Assembly: GCA_951406725.2 (NCBI GenBank)
Contig: OX597818.1
Coordinates: forward strand, 25,978,001 to 26,042,000
DNA length: 64,000 nucleotides
DNA from: Octopus vulgaris
Taxonomy: Eukaryota
Direction: 5' to 3'
Under the pieces are notes generated by a model, which was not told the origin of the DNA, ran no database searches, and saw nothing but the letters and a program-made list of their open reading frames with translations. The translations under genes and the position numbers were made by a program. Below are positions 1 to 14,889 of the stretch, in pieces (position 1 is the first letter of the stretch; every line of letters starts with the position of its first letter).

Positions 1-238
1 TGGTGATTTGGCATGTGTCTTCTGCTATAGCCCCAGACCAACCAAAGCCTTGTCAGTAGATTTTGTAGACAGAAACTGAAAGAAATCAACCATATATATA
101 AGTCTATGAGTGTGTCTTTGTGTTTCTCCCTCACCACTGGTTTCATAAGAAACTAATAGAATAAGTACCAGGCTTATCAAAATATTTTTGTTTGCCCACT
201 CAGTTGCATCTATCAATTTATCTTTTTGTGTGTGTGTG

Positions 239-279
<41 letters not shown>

Positions 280-456
280 ATTATAATTAAGGGTTAAATG
301 CAACAAGTTGCTCAAAAGCACATACCGAAAATATTAGAAATAGCAGCCAAAATTGATCACTATTTCCTCTACTAGTAAAAAGTCTCCACAAACAGAATTT
401 GTAAGCTGTATATGGCAAAAAAGGCAGAAAATAACGAAATCCCAGCCTATGGATTA

Positions 457-514
457 ATTATAGACGACTCGTTTCTGGATTAGAACCGAAGGTTCATTTC
501 CTTGTCAATATAAT
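457..514 (-). ncRNA. Decayed minimal type-I hammerhead ribozyme motif
   Basis: Minus strand reads ATTATA-TTGACAA-GGAaatGAACCttcGGTTCtaaTCC-a-GAAA-CGAGTC-GTC-TATAAT. Stem I has 6 bp, stems II and III and a GUC triplet are present, and the core CUGACGA has mutated to UUGACAA. Confidence 0.55.
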
Positions 515-660
515 ATTTCCTATAGATCTAGAAATGCTAGGGGGAAAAACTCACCCGTTACACCAGCACGACCAGCGACATCGGACGGCCTAACATATAT
601 ATATGTACACACATGCACACACATATATATATACACATGTATGTATATGTGCATATTGAT

Positions 661-2165
661 ATCTATTATATCAAAGTCAATGTCTTTATGTGTGTTCATG
701 TGTTACATTTGAAAACTGCTGCACCGATCATAATGAAATTTGGAACACAAAATCCAAGCCTAGGGAGAAGGGTAATGCTGTGTGTTTCATACAATTTCAT
801 GGACCAAAATTACTGAATGGATCCTTATGATATTTGAAACTTAGATTCAATGCATGAGGGCGGGTTTAATGCAGTATGTTTGGTTTGAATTTCAGATGGC
901 TTAAAGGGGGCAGAACCCTCATGAAAATTCATAAATTTTCGATGTTGAGGAAATTTCAACCATGGGTAATTGACACACATCAAGAAGTATTCTCAAAGTT
1001 TCCACTTCACATGAGGATTCTAAGACACCCTAATGGGGGTCTTAACTCCCAAATTTTAATAATTTCTTTTATGATCCAAAACTAGGTCACAAGTACTGAA
1101 TGGATCTTTATGAAATTTGGAAATTATATTCTATGCATAAGGACAATAACCCCTATCACACAATTCATATATTTTTGTTGTTGATGAAATTTAAACAATA
1201 GATATTAGACACAAATAAAATTATATTTATAAAACTTCATCTTCTTACAAGTTAGAAAGACCCCTTCAGGGGAACTTAACACCCACAATTTAGTCATTTT
1301 ATCTAAGCAAAGATGAATACAGTTGTACTCTTAGAAGCTGTAGGGTTACCCGAGCATAAAAGATGGGCATTATTTGTAATTCAATGGTACAACAGTGTAA
1401 GAGTTTGATTTGACATATACTTAGATTGTAATTTCTGCAATGTGGTGCATAAATTGTCAAGTAAATGAGAGGCATCTTTGCCTCCACTGATTCAGTTGCA
1501 AAGTGTTGAGTAAAGTTATTTGGTTGCAGACCTCCTTTCAGTCTTTTTATCATCACTGGGTCACACATAGTCCCCAGATGGTAACATTGATTTCAAGGCC
1601 TTCCCAGATGAGTGACTGGTTATTCAAAGACATTTATAGATTGTAAATTTATTCTGTCCAGTTACATATCAGTATAGTGGTCATTTGCAAACTCCAGAGG
1701 TGACATTTTCATTTCTCCTTAGTCTTCATATCGCACAGTTGTTAATGTTTATTTCAGTTGGGTCATGTCCTTCCAATTACTATAGATTTGTAATGCATCT
1801 TACAACAGTGCTTGTCACCTGGATGATGAGGAATCCTACATTGGGAGTGGTAACGAATAGGGTAGGGTAGCTGACTGCTTATTGTGATCATTCATCTTTT
1901 GGTTTCCTGTAGCTTTGCTCTCTTTTACAAACCCAGTGAACATATATTTCCTATTTCAAAGAAATTCAAACAATAGATATAAGACCCAAGTTTAAAAGAT
2001 TCTCAACAATTCAACTTCTCTAGTTGATATTAAGACACCCACCCCTAATAGTTGCCTTAACTCTCACATTTTAGAGCTCCATGACCTCCATTTTCCAGGA
2101 ACAAAATCTTTTTAACAGACTCTATAAGACTGGAATTTTGGAATCTGCGCATAAAAATCACTAGT
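661..2165 (+). mobile_element. Possible non-autonomous Helitron-like element
   Basis: Begins A|TCTATTATATCAAAG, then a GT-rich stretch and CTGCACCGATCATAATGAAATTTGG. Internal repeats of TACTGAATGGATC..TATGA.ATTTG at about 811 and 1094. Possible CTAG|T end at 2161-2165. The right boundary is uncertain. Confidence 0.4.
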
Positions 2166-2202
2166 ATAAGATATATGTGTCATGATTACAATTTTTTCAG
2201 GG

Positions 2203-2293
2203 TGTGTATATGTAATGTATATATGTGTATATATATATGTGTGTGTGTGTAGTGTATATATCTATACATATATATTTATATGTATGTATATAC

Positions 2294-2341
<48 letters not shown>

Positions 2342-2501
2342 ATCTATACATATATGTATATGTATGTATATACGTATATATATGTGTATATGTATATATA
2401 TATATGTATATATATGTGTATATGTATGTATATATATATATGTATGTATATATCTATCTATATGTATATATCTGTATATATATATCTATACATATATATC
2501 T

Positions 2502-2535
<34 letters not shown>

Positions 2536-2552
2536 CTATCTATACATATATA

Positions 2553-2612
<60 letters not shown>

Positions 2613-2620
2613 CATACACA
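2203..2620. repeat. Compound (TA/TG)n microsatellite
   Basis: Directly visible. It accounts for ORFs 2182-2682, 2225-2839 and 2280-2645. Confidence 0.97.
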
Positions 2621-3150
2621 CATCTGTCTGTGGATATATTATTAATAGTAGTAGTATTATCCCTTTTAAGGAAGTATTTTAAGAACTGTCTTTTCCTGTC
2701 ATTGCAATATTACTGTTGGCATTCTAAAACTGAGTTAATTTCATTTCCCTCGCACACAACCATTCACTTCCAACATTCATGTCAATTTGATAGAATTTTC
2801 TATGAACTGTATTTCTTTGTTTTTGTATTTTGTAATTGATTTGTCTTTGTTTATTAGTTTTTGTTTTCTTGTAAAATGGCAAGTGAAGGCATCAAATGAC
2901 GCTTTCAAGGCAGTTCTTGTATTTTTTAACCATTTTTTCTTCTTCATAACAGTAATCCCAACCTTCATTCTACCTACAACTCACATATCACATAATTTCA
3001 CTTCCTTTCCAAAATTTGTATGCAACAAAATATATGAATTTCTCTCTCTGCTAGCACACAGTCTACTTCTTATTTTGTCTTTTTTCCCTTTCTTTTAATA
3101 GAATGATTTATTTATTGGTTTGCATCATGAAACACATTAAAATAATATAT

Positions 3151-3185
<35 letters not shown>

Positions 3186-5317
3186 GTACACACACACATG
3201 TATATTTAAAGTTATAAAAAAAGAGAAAAATAGGTTGTTTCCTGCTATAATTTATTTTTCCTATTTACTGTTGCTGTTTTTAATCAAAATATTCCCCATC
3301 TTGAATTAGGTCTTGCACGCAATATTACACAGAATTAACTAACATGTACAGGCAAGGGATTAATTTTTTTTTTTTTTCCTATTTGTATAATGTTTATATA
3401 TCTCTGAAATCTGTGCTCCAGCATGGCTGTTGTCATACTGGTTAAAAGCAAATGAGAAAGCTATTTTAAATTTCACTGTTAGAGGTTGTTACAGATATCA
3501 CACAATAGACTTCCTTGATATCATATCACTGTTTAATTTGTAGAATTTCTAATTTATTATTTACTATATGGCATTGTTACCCTATAGTTTGAATTGCCAA
3601 AGCTAGTATAAAAATTCACTTGCCAAAGGTCAATACAGTAAAGAGCCAACAAGAGAACTGTGAATGACCAGAAATGGTAGCTAAATTTGTCTCAAATCAT
3701 ACTGCATTGTTTTATGATGGGAAGAAGACATTGAATAATGTGGTTGAAGTCTCATAGCCTGAATAAAGACAATAATCACAGCTAAAATACCTTTGTTTGT
3801 AGCTCTGTTCTAACAGAGCTAATCTGGATTTAATAACAACACCAAAGAGAAACAGATCCATGTTAATGAATATTACTACATTATGTAAAGAGACTAATTT
3901 TTGATTTAAGACTTAAAATACTGTATTGTATCAACATTTGGGAAATATGACCTACCCACATACAACGCATGCATGCACACACACACAAAAGAAAAAACAG
4001 TAACATGTTTTAAAAAGTGCATTTTAGTAGGCTTAAGTGTCTAAATCTAGATTCCTTTTCCTTTTTAGTCAGTGTGGTGTAATGAAATTTTACATTAAGA
4101 ACATACTTTGACTAAAATATAAATTTTCAGATCTTGCATTGATAAAGAAAAAAGAACAGTGCTTTGACAGAATCTTTAGTGTGCCAGACAAATGCATATT
4201 GGTATTTGTTCTCGCTCTTTACGTTTTGAGTTCAAATTCCAGAGAAGTCGGTTTTGCTTTCCATCCTTCTGAAGTCAATAAAATAAAGTAACAATCATGT
4301 GTTGGGGTTCATTATAATCATTTGTCCCCTACCATTGAAGTTTTAACTTCGTGCATTTGTAAAAAATAATTTTTATTAATGTTTCTTTTTTTTTTATTTT
4401 CATTGAAGAAGGATAGAAATTGAAACATAAAGGTGTTAGAAAATTTTTCCCAATTTGGAATTGTAGTTTTGTGAAAATATTACTGACTAAATATAAAGAA
4501 AATTAATTCAGTTTCTTTCTTTTTGTAAGAATGATGATGAATTCTTTTTCTTTTAGTAAGAATTCTATGATAACATTGAGATAAAATGAAAAAAATGTTT
4601 TTATTTTTCAATACCACATCAAATATTTCTTTCATGGATTTAAATTCACTGTATTTCTGACATGCGCACACACACACACATACACAGATTTTTATCATAG
4701 GCATATACCACCAAATTTATAAAGGGAAAAGAGCTAGAAAGTTGTAACACTCATGTCTTTTTTCCCAAGAGCATTAGTGATGTTGAAGTGATTCCAGCTG
4801 AGAATTAAAATTGGGTTGCAGATTTTGTTTTGGGATATAGATTCAGTTCAATGATAACTTACCACAGTATTGTGTGTGTGTGTGTGTGTGCGTGCGCACA
4901 TGTGCATACACACATGCATGTGCACATGTGTGTGTCTGTCTGTCTCTTAGCGTTATAATCAGCTGTTTAGTTTTCTTTCTTATTAATCTCTTAATTAGAG
5001 AAGCCTTTTAAAATACCAAGAATAATAAATTGTATCTTGTTCTCTGCTTCATTGTTCTGGGTTTAAGTGCTATTGTTGTCAACTTCACCTTCATTTCTCC
5101 AGGAGATAATAAAGTCAGCATTAAGATATGTTAACTATAAATGACACCCACAAAAAAAAAAAGGTTCAAATGCAAGAAAAGGCTATATTGGTAAATGTAA
5201 AATGGCCTTTAATTGAAAGAATAATAAACACTTGATAAAATGCAATTGAATGTTACAAGACAGTTGTCTCTATTTAAAATCAAAAATGTGTTATGCATCA
5301 TCCAGAGAAAAGAGAAG

Positions 5318-6106
5318 TATTGGTTCATCTCATAAATCTAAGTTTTTTTTTTTATACTTATTTAATTTTCAAAATTATGATAAACAAAGTTCTTTTTTAA
5401 TCTAAAATATACTCTCCATTTTCTACAATGCTCTTCCATCTATCTGGTCAACTTGCAAGGCCCCTCTTCTAAAATTCACTTGTCTGTGATGAAAAATACT
5501 CCTCCAGTACTGTTCTGACCTCATCTACAGAATTCATATTTTTTCTGTCCAAATGATTTTGAAGACTGTGGAATAAATAATAATCAGATGGAGCAATGTC
5601 CAGTGAATATGGTGGGTAGAGTATCATTTCCCATTTAAACTGCTCCAACCTTTGGAATGTAATCCTTGCTGTCTGTGGCCGAGCATTATCCTGATGGCAG
5701 AACACCTTTCGTCTTGAAACCAAAGATGGTAATTTTTCTTCTAGAACTGACTTAAGCCGCTCAAGTTGCTTGCAGTAGATCTCCTTTGTTATCATTTGGT
5801 TTGGGTTTAAATGTTCAAAGTGGACTAAACCTTTCATATCCCATCAAACAGGTAATAACACCTTACATGGATGTCTTTATTGTATTCATAAAGCACAAAG
5901 TATGCCAAATATGCTCCTTTGTCAATTCCATTATAGATTTGAAAAAAATAACTTAAAATCGAACTTGCACTAAGAATAAGGACAAGGTAAAATTACTACC
6001 TGTTTTTATAGCAAGTTGATACAGGTAGTTTATCCCATCCCCCTCTGACTTTTAGTTCATGCAATTGAAATTAAAAAAACTACATTATTTATGGGATACC
6101 CCAATA
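5318..6106 (-). mobile_element. Internally deleted mariner (DD34D) transposon
   Basis: ORF 5469-5837 carries HQDNARP and PPYSLDIAPSDY. Inverted termini are TATTGGTTCATCTCATAAAT (5318) and ATTTATGGGATACCCCAATA (ending 6106). Confidence 0.9.
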
Positions 6107-7879
6107 TATGTATGCAATATAGAATTTGGTTTCCTTATAAAATAACCAATCCTATAAAGTTGTCTTTATAACAAGTTATCTTAATTAATGTCTTAATATA
6201 TTAAGGCATTTAAATTTAGCTAAGATAAAACATGTATGTTATCTTCTACGTTTCCTCACTATTTTAGCCTATATAACTCTCTGCTTTCTCTAATATAAGG
6301 CAACTTTCATTTGGAAGATATATGGGCTTAAATATAATCTAATCAAGTAATCAACAATTTTTATTCCTTTATGGTTGAGTCTAGGTTAAATATATGTATA
6401 TAGGATTGTTTATTTTCCAGTACCAAACACAGCTTCTAAATTGAATAAATTAAGAATAGTATTTGCAAATTGTCTATTAGAGTTAATGTAAGAGAGAATA
6501 TGGGGATTAAATGTCAGTATGACCTTGTCAACGAGATAACTCTGAATATGATACTAGAAAGCACCATCTTGTTGAGTTCATTATAGAAAATAAAAAATTC
6601 ATAAATCAGAGGATTTTGGACCTTTTCAAGTTGACTTTGGAAATTGGGTTGAATATTGGCTGTGGTATTAATATGGTAGCAGAACAGTTTTGACACTTTA
6701 AAATAGTTTGTACTGTTTCTCTTTAAACTTGAATTGCACAATTTCTTACCAAAAAATATTCAATGATTTATTTTCATATTGATGAAATACATTTAGAATT
6801 ACAGACATCAAAATGCTGTATAAATATAAAATAAATAGATTGAAAAATTTTGACAGTTTAAGCTTCAGGATTGCATGGCATGATGGATAATTAGATTAAA
6901 AGCTATTAGTCTTGAATTCTCTCAGCTGGTAGTGTTAAAAAAGAAAGAAGAAGAAACACATTAGTAGGATGGGTTAGGAAGCAATTATATAACTTCAAAG
7001 AATCAAGAGGGAAATATCAGCAAAAATAATTGTGTTTATTATGAACTAGTCAAAGCTTTGTGGTATAAAAACGGTAAAATTTTATTGAACTCCTAAATAT
7101 ATAATTATATAAAGAAAAATTCTGAGATCTTCACAATTTTCTTTGTCATTGCATCAATGTTACTTGAGGCTACAATCTGATATCTCAGACTGCCAGTTGA
7201 ATATTCAGGATAGAATTTTTTTTTATCAGCCTGTAGAAAAAGACGATATAGGTTCATTTCTAGTCTGCAGACATGATATTATTTGATGTTAAATTGTGAA
7301 ATTCTTTTGTTTTGTTGTTATTGTTGTTGTTGGATATTGGTTTGGACTAAGCGTATATAAATAACTAAACTAGGCAATTGAAAACTTGTATATGACTCAG
7401 CACTGTAGACTAAATGAAAAGTCATAGTTAATTTTAGCAGGAATCAAATTTAGTTTTATAAACTACTGAGAAATTTGCTAATTGATATCTCTTCAGTTAC
7501 TGTACTCTGTCACTGTATGACTTTTAACTCAAGCTTCTTTAAGATTAATTGTTGCTAATTTCTCTCGTCTGAATAATTTTTCATTTTGGGGTTATTCTAC
7601 TTTTGCCTCTCTGTTGGCCAGGTTATCAAAGGATTAGTATTTGAAATGTGTGGTTCCAGCACCTAAGACAGTAGCACTATTTTTGAAGTTTTCTTATTAC
7701 AACCAGGACAAAGGGTGAAAGTATATGATTATGTATGTATTTCCACTTATTAATAATGTGGCACTATATCACTTCAACCCACTTATGCAACAGTAGAACA
7801 GCTAAGAGAGAAAATGATTTAGCTCCCAAACTGATTGATAGTTTGATGGTTCCTAGCGCTGCCACAGATGATATATAAA

Positions 7880-8345
7880 TCATCATCATCATTTAACGTC
7901 CGCTTTCTATGCTAGCATGGGTTGGATGATTTGACTGAGGACTGGCAAACCAGATGGCTGCACTAGGCTCCAATCTGATCTGGCAGAGTTTTTACAGCTG
8001 GATGCCCTTCCTAACGCCAACCACTCCAAGAGTGTAGTGGGTGCTTTTACGTGCCACCGGCACGAGGGCTGGTCAGGCAGTACTGGCAACGGCCACGCTC
8101 AAATGGTGCTTTTTACGTACCACCTGCACAGGAGCCAGTCCAGTGGCACTGGCAACGACATTGCTCGAATGTTTTTTCATGTGCCGCCGGCACAGGTGCC
8201 AGTAAGGTGATGCTGGTAACGATCATGCTCGAATGGTGCTTTTTACATGCCACCAGCACAACCAGTTAGCTGCTCTGGCAACGATCCCGCTCATATGGTG
8301 CTCTTAGCACTCCACTAGCACGGATGCCAGTCATCGAATTTGATT
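7880..8345 (-). mobile_element. RTE-LINE 3' end / RTE-tailed repeat with internal tandem subunits
   Basis: (CAT)n tail, TTAACGTCCGCTTTC.ATGCTAGCATGGGTTGG, GGATGCCCTTCCTAACGCCAACCACTC, and repeated GGTGCTTTTTACGTGCCACCGGCAC units. Other copies at about 17405-17705(-), 31819-32050(-), 36673-37010(-), 38030-38440(+), 40380-40520(-), 42425-42693(+), 52020-52453(+), 55027-55215(-), 56690-56890(+), 58880-59065(+). Confidence 0.85.
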
Positions 8346-8351
8346 TCGATT

Positions 8352-8395
<44 letters not shown>

Positions 8396-10741
8396 CATCC
8401 ACAAACACATACCTACACCTACCTACCTACCTTTTTGTTTGTTACAGAAAAGAAAATATATTTGAAAGTCTGATTAATATTAATCTCATCATACTGTTAT
8501 GAAATGAACTCTGATTTAAAGTTAAAAGAAGTGAGTAGAGACAACTTTGAAGTATGTGACTCAATTTTGCTAATACTCTTTGGATAAGCAGTTGTTTAGG
8601 ATGTTATTCTAAATCCTGAATACTTTATCCATGTATGGTGAAGTTTGATTTTAGCTGACACCCTCAAATATTTTGAAGTTTCCCGAAAATTATAATGCAA
8701 GTGTTGTCTGTCCTTTGTATCTTCTGTTATAAATAAAAATATTGGATGGTATGCAGTTATATATACTGGATTAGCAGATGAAGATAAGAATCAGTTTGAA
8801 AAGATTAAAAATATCTGTAGGAAAGATACTTTATATATCATCATAGTCTTGTGTGTATGTAGGTACGCTCAGTTACGCAGACAGTGTGTGGTGTATACTG
8901 TGGATACAGAAATGGTGTTTAAATGATAGTATATTTAAATTATAAATAGAAGATGTGAAATAGTGCTTTATAATAGCATAATACAGAATTTGTCCTTGGA
9001 ATATATGTATGTTCACATGAATAAACGTGTATAAATACGTATATGTATCTATCATTTTGAGTATTTTCCTCCTCCCTTTCAAAATATTTTCTCTTCAAGT
9101 GAGAGACAGGGTATTGCTAACTTGGAATCCACTCTTTTTCATGTACTGAGGGTATTTATTTTACAGTGATGTAGATAGTACAAAGGTTAGAGTTTAGAAC
9201 TCAGAAAATAGGAATTGGCAGATAAAGAAGCAACTAATGTTGGAACATTTTCAATTTTGACCACTAAATTAAGCTAACATTTGGCATGGATTCAGACATA
9301 GATAGTGTTTGTCATGATCAGTTCTCGTGAGCACTTCCTCCTACTCGAAACAAATACTCCAAAATCAGGAAATTACATTGAAAATAAATCATCTGAACGT
9401 AAATGTTTTTTTATGAAGTTTATTTAACCCTTTAACTGCTACACGAAATATAACCATTTAGTGTCATAAGTTTGTCGCATCATTTGCTGGCTTAGCTATT
9501 AAAGGAAACTAAAGACTGATAAAACAAAGCTAGAAAACTGAATCATTTTATAAAGTGTGCTATCACTAGACTAAAGAAGCTGAAATCCTAAGTAGGCGCA
9601 ATGAACACATATACATACATATATAAACGTTTTATGTATGTAGATGTGTGTGTATGTGTATTGTTTTATTCAACTGTTTTATCTGTAGTTGGATAAAACA
9701 GTGAGAGTAGTAGAACATTTGTACTTCATGTAATGATTGATACTTTGTCTTAGAAAAATAGAAAAGGAAACTTCTGTAATTCAATGCTATCTCTTATGTA
9801 GTTGCAGAATTCAGTTGAGAACTTGTTGGCTATTTGAAAATATATTGCTTCCTAAAATTGCTTACATGCACATATGCACGTGCATGCACACATACACTAG
9901 ACCACTGATTCCCAACCTTTTCACAGTGGTTCCCAACAGTTTTATTCAAATGGGTTTTCCCATGGACTCCTTTTAATATGCTTAACCTTATGTATGTGTG
10001 TGTGTGTGTGTGTGTGTGTATTTATATATTTATGAAATTTTGAGTACAGTTCACAGGCCCCCAATACTATCTTTGCGGACCACCAGAGGTCTGAGGATCC
10101 CAGTATATCCAGGACTACTTTATTTATTATGTTGTCATTTCTTTATTTTAAGAGGGTAAATCATGGCTTGATGGTAATTTGGTTGTTGTTTCAACAGATT
10201 GAGCAACCACTTAAAGGTTTTTTTGTTAGCATTGTACTGTCATTGATAGGTACTAGTGAATGCTGCAGTCAGTAAGAGTACAAATTGATAATTTAATTTA
10301 ATAATTACAGTACTGAGTTAAGCTATGGAATCCATTTCACTAAAATCTCTCAGAAATCCTGAAGTAGTTAGGATCAACAAGAATGTTTCACTCCTGGTCA
10401 GTCCAGTTATGGTGATCCTGTCTTTTTGTGTATCTTTCCCACAATATTTCTCCATTTTTAAGACAGTAGAATAAGATTTGAGGTATCTGGTTGTTATTTC
10501 TTGCAAATCAAGCAGCTATGTACAAATATGGCTCACTAAAGTGAGTGACTAATTTCTCTCTCTCTCTGTCCATTCTTGCCTGCTTGTCTGGGCTGTTGCA
10601 TAGTGGATAGCTATAAGTAAACCTCACCAGTTAAATTTTTTTTTTTATTAGCTACCAACACAACCTGACAAGTTCAGTTTGGTTATCAATAATTTATATG
10701 AAACCAAATAATATATATATATATATATATATACACATACA

Positions 10742-11605
10742 TACAAAGTCTGATCAATAAGTATTTGGACTGTTGCCTAGTAATGAAGATAAAGCACACA
10801 AATAAACGTAGAACACAACGAGAGACGAAAACATAAAATCAAACAAGGAAACAGACTTTTTTTAAACAACGAAAAAACTGAGTACAGGACAAACAATACA
10901 AGGAAGGAAGGTGTGTAACATCAGCTGTCCCTGGTTCGACTCAATGCAATGCATATATTTTACATATATACTCATATATACACATGCATGCACACACACA
11001 CAATGGGCTTCTATACAGTTCCTGTCTACCAAATTCACTCATAAAGAATTGGTCAGTCTGGGAGAAGAAGACTGGTCAGTATAGAAGACAATGCTTGCCC
11101 AAACCACAGGCACAGCAGAGAAAAACATTGCAAATGTACGTGCAGCTGTGAGGGGGAGTCATTGTATCATCATCTGTGAGTTATCAGAGGATGTGCAGAT
11201 TAGTTACAGTTCAGTTCCATCTATTATCACTGAAGATTTGGGTATGGGACATGTGTCTGCCAAGTTTGTGCCAAAAACTGCTTTCAGCTGACCAAAAATT
11301 CACTCAGGATTCAGTGCACAAGATTTCCTTGATTATATCAAGAATGATGAATACTTTTTGGAAACTTTGTGTTGGCCTCTGAGCAGGTATTGCCAAGCTT
11401 TTGGCAAAATTTGATGCAGATTTTCTGCTCAACTTTCTGTTATGGTCAATGTGACAGTCACATGTTACACACATTACTTCCAAGCACTGCTGGAAACAGC
11501 GGAAGTGAGCTAGAACATTAAAACTTAGTGCACATGTTTTGTATAGACTCTGCATGCTTTAACTTCATTACTATGGCAACAGTCCGGAGACCTATTGATC
11601 AGAGC
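10742..11605 (+). mobile_element. Deleted mariner element with about 55-bp TIRs
   Basis: TCTGATCAATAAGTATTTGGACTGTTGCC.TAGTAATGAAG at the left and its reverse complement at about 11555-11603. Internal remnant NIANVRAAV...ELSEDVQISYSSV.SIITEDLGMGHVSAKFVPK is a mariner HTH plus a WVP-like linker. Confidence 0.85.
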
Positions 11606-11825
11606 ACACACACATATAATAAAAATAATAGATATTCCAATTTTTTTAACATTCGTGTTAAATTTTCTACTTTTCCTTTTGCCAACCTTTTTTGCATTAC
11701 TGATTATCAGTCAATCTTTATTATTTGTGAACAGTGGCGTACACATACACTCAAATTATCATGGTGGCTACTTTCAATTTACAAGTGAACGGCAACAAAT
11801 ATAGTCACTAAAGTGAGTGACAACT

Positions 11826-11992
<167 letters not shown>

Positions 11993-13048
11993 TACTTGGA
12001 GAAGAGAAATAATGCGTACGTTCGGTCATATAATAATATAATAAATAAATAAAATATATACATATATGTACATACATCTACATGTATATATACATGCATA
12101 TATATATATAAGAGTACAGGACACCACAAATAAACGTAGAACACAACGAGAGACGAAAACATAAAATCAAACAAGGAAACAGACTTTTTTTAAACAACGA
12201 AAAAACTGAGTACAGGACAAACAATACAAGGAAAATTCCCCTTCATCAGCTGTCCCTGGTTCGACTCAATGCAATGCATATATTTTACATATATACTCAT
12301 ATATACACATGCATGCACACACACACAATGGGCTTCTATACAGTTCCTGTCTACCAAATTCACTCATAAAGAATTGGTCAGTCTGGGAGAAGAAGACTGG
12401 TCAGTATAGAAGACAATGCTTGCCCAAACCACAGCACAGTGGGACTGAATCCAAAGCCACAGATTGCTAAGCAAGCTCCTTGACCACATAGCCATGCCTG
12501 CACATGTAGCAGGAAGTACAATATGGTGTTCATCACACACCCCAGTTATGCATGTTAGTAGTGTTTAGAATAGGGATCGTGTAGATATGAACACCTATAT
12601 GAATAGAATTGGACTCAATTTCTTAGAAAATGCCAATGAATCTGTGGGGCTGGTACTCTGCTGAATTCCACTATGAATAGAATAAATTAATAGACCAGAT
12701 GACTATAGTGCCCCACCACCTAGATGTAACTTCAGAACTTCCATTCAATGCCCCTGAGAGAAAATTGCATACAAATGTGTAGTGGATATACTGCCATGGG
12801 GCAGTGCATTTTGATGCATATGCATTTTCTCCCCTTAGACTTAAGTTCTTAACTTTTCTAGCAGAATACATTCATAACCTGACATCTAGAAATATTAACA
12901 ATAGAAAAGGTTGATGATGGGAGTCTGCCCTTCTGTACTGGGGGTGGGGATAGACATCCTTGTAACTGTATACTAGATAGGGGTTAGAGATTCTCGTAGC
13001 GAACACTAGAAATTTACTAAATAAATAAAAGAAATTAGGGATTTACTG

Positions 13049-13084
<36 letters not shown>

Positions 13085-14889
13085 GAAGGAGTGGATGTTT
13101 ATCTACTAAACATTAGTAATATCCCTAACTATGATGAAATACACTCCAACCCAACACTATAGTATTAGCTGTAACCTTTCCTCATTTGTTTACACTAATT
13201 GAATACTATATTGTAGACATGAACCCCTTTCTTTGTCTTCATCCCTGCGTAATCCCTCTTCTGCTATCCTATTAGTTGTATATACCTGAGACATACTTAT
13301 AACAAAAGCAATGCTATGGAATATAAGGTACTATTACTGTCCTTATCACATTTTATAACATGTAACCATTAATTCCTTAATGCATTGACCAGTGTGGACG
13401 TTGACTGTTTCTGAGCTCAATAATATCAAATCCATATAACATTACATCCACATATGTTGGTACACATTGGGTGATAAATGACTACATAGAGACTATCCCT
13501 GACTACCTGCAGTGTACAATGCATACTTACATAACACTATTGAATAACTTTTATACTTGTTGAAACTAACATGCGTACACATATGTAGTAAAGACATGCA
13601 GAGTTAAGGTTGTGCATGTGTGTAAAGCAACACATGCACACCTATAACTCTGCAAATGTGTCCTCAAATACATATCGCACCCTGTATGTATAGATAGATG
13701 CATGCTTGAATGAATGTATGATCTAATAGTTAAATTAATGCATCTTTATTTACACGTATATTTTCTGAAGCTCATTAAATTATTCTGTGTTATTTATTTC
13801 TTCTGCTGTCTTACACCCCTCCCCTATTTTTCAAACAAAGGTTATATTGCTATCCAATAAGATTCTAATATTTGATATTAATTACACAGTCTTTATTATA
13901 ATTTCAAACATTTTTCATTGTTTGCTTGTTATATATCAATGTTCTTGTTCTAGTTTTCATAACAAGAAACTGAAATTATACAATACTACTTTCAGTATTG
14001 AGTACTTTCTTTTCTTGTTTTCACTGAAGTGTTTACGTTTCTCCTTCCCTTCTTCTCTTTCTTATTATGTGTGTTTTTGTGAAATCATGATTCTTAAAAT
14101 TTAGTTTCTGTTAGAATTTCCTTCTAGTTTTACAGCATATGTACAAACAGAATGATGTCATTTTCCCCCCTGAAATAACATTTTAGGAACAACACATCCT
14201 GTTTGTTGCCAAAGAGGAATTGACATGGCTAGCCATCCAAGTATGTGTATGCATGTACCTCATACTTGCATACATTGATACATACTAAGATGCTTTCATA
14301 GAATGCACACATTTACTTACTTGGATACTTACATACATACTTATTGGACAATGTTCTAAAACAATTTGTGCCCCAGCATGGCCACAGCTCAAGAGCTGAA
14401 ACTGGAAAACACAAGCACAAACAGTGTAAATTAAGAATTACACCTAAGCAGCAATTTTGTATGTTTTTGTCAATCACCCTACCCCACTCTGTACATATAT
14501 TTGACATAAGACCAATGAAATAGAGAAAGAGGGAACACACACATTCACCATACATATACACATACACAGAGGAAGTTAGTAGCAAAAAGACAGCTTGTAT
14601 ATCTGTTTGCATACAAACATGTTTGTTAGTTTCATGTTTAGTGTTGTTTCAGTGAACAACTCTATAAGGAATATCATTCTTGATCTGTTAGAAATAGCAG
14701 CAAAACCTTTATCAATTCATGCCCTAATTCCTAGAAAGAATACATTTTTTGTAATGTAGTGACAGTTTCCCTGCACTTAAGAAAAAAATAAGATACCTTC
14801 TTTCTATCTCTCTTTGGGCTTCTTGGTTTGTTGGTATTATGTAGCATCTTAGGTAAGTATCATGTATGTGTGTGTGTATATATATATAT

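Noticed and set aside
2182-2839. Long ORFs rich in Y/I/C/V/M, and similar ORFs at 11808, 43087 and 43586
   Set aside because: They are translations of microsatellites that happen to lack stop codons.
12225-12265. Minus-strand CTGATGA plus hairpin (AGGGGA-attt-TCCTT) as a hammerhead
   Set aside because: No GAAA or stem III follows, so the motif is incomplete.
12520-13560. Possible decayed LINE on the minus strand (also possible RT remnants at 1270-1930)
   Set aside because: The composition is suggestive, but I could not read a diagnostic motif with confidence.
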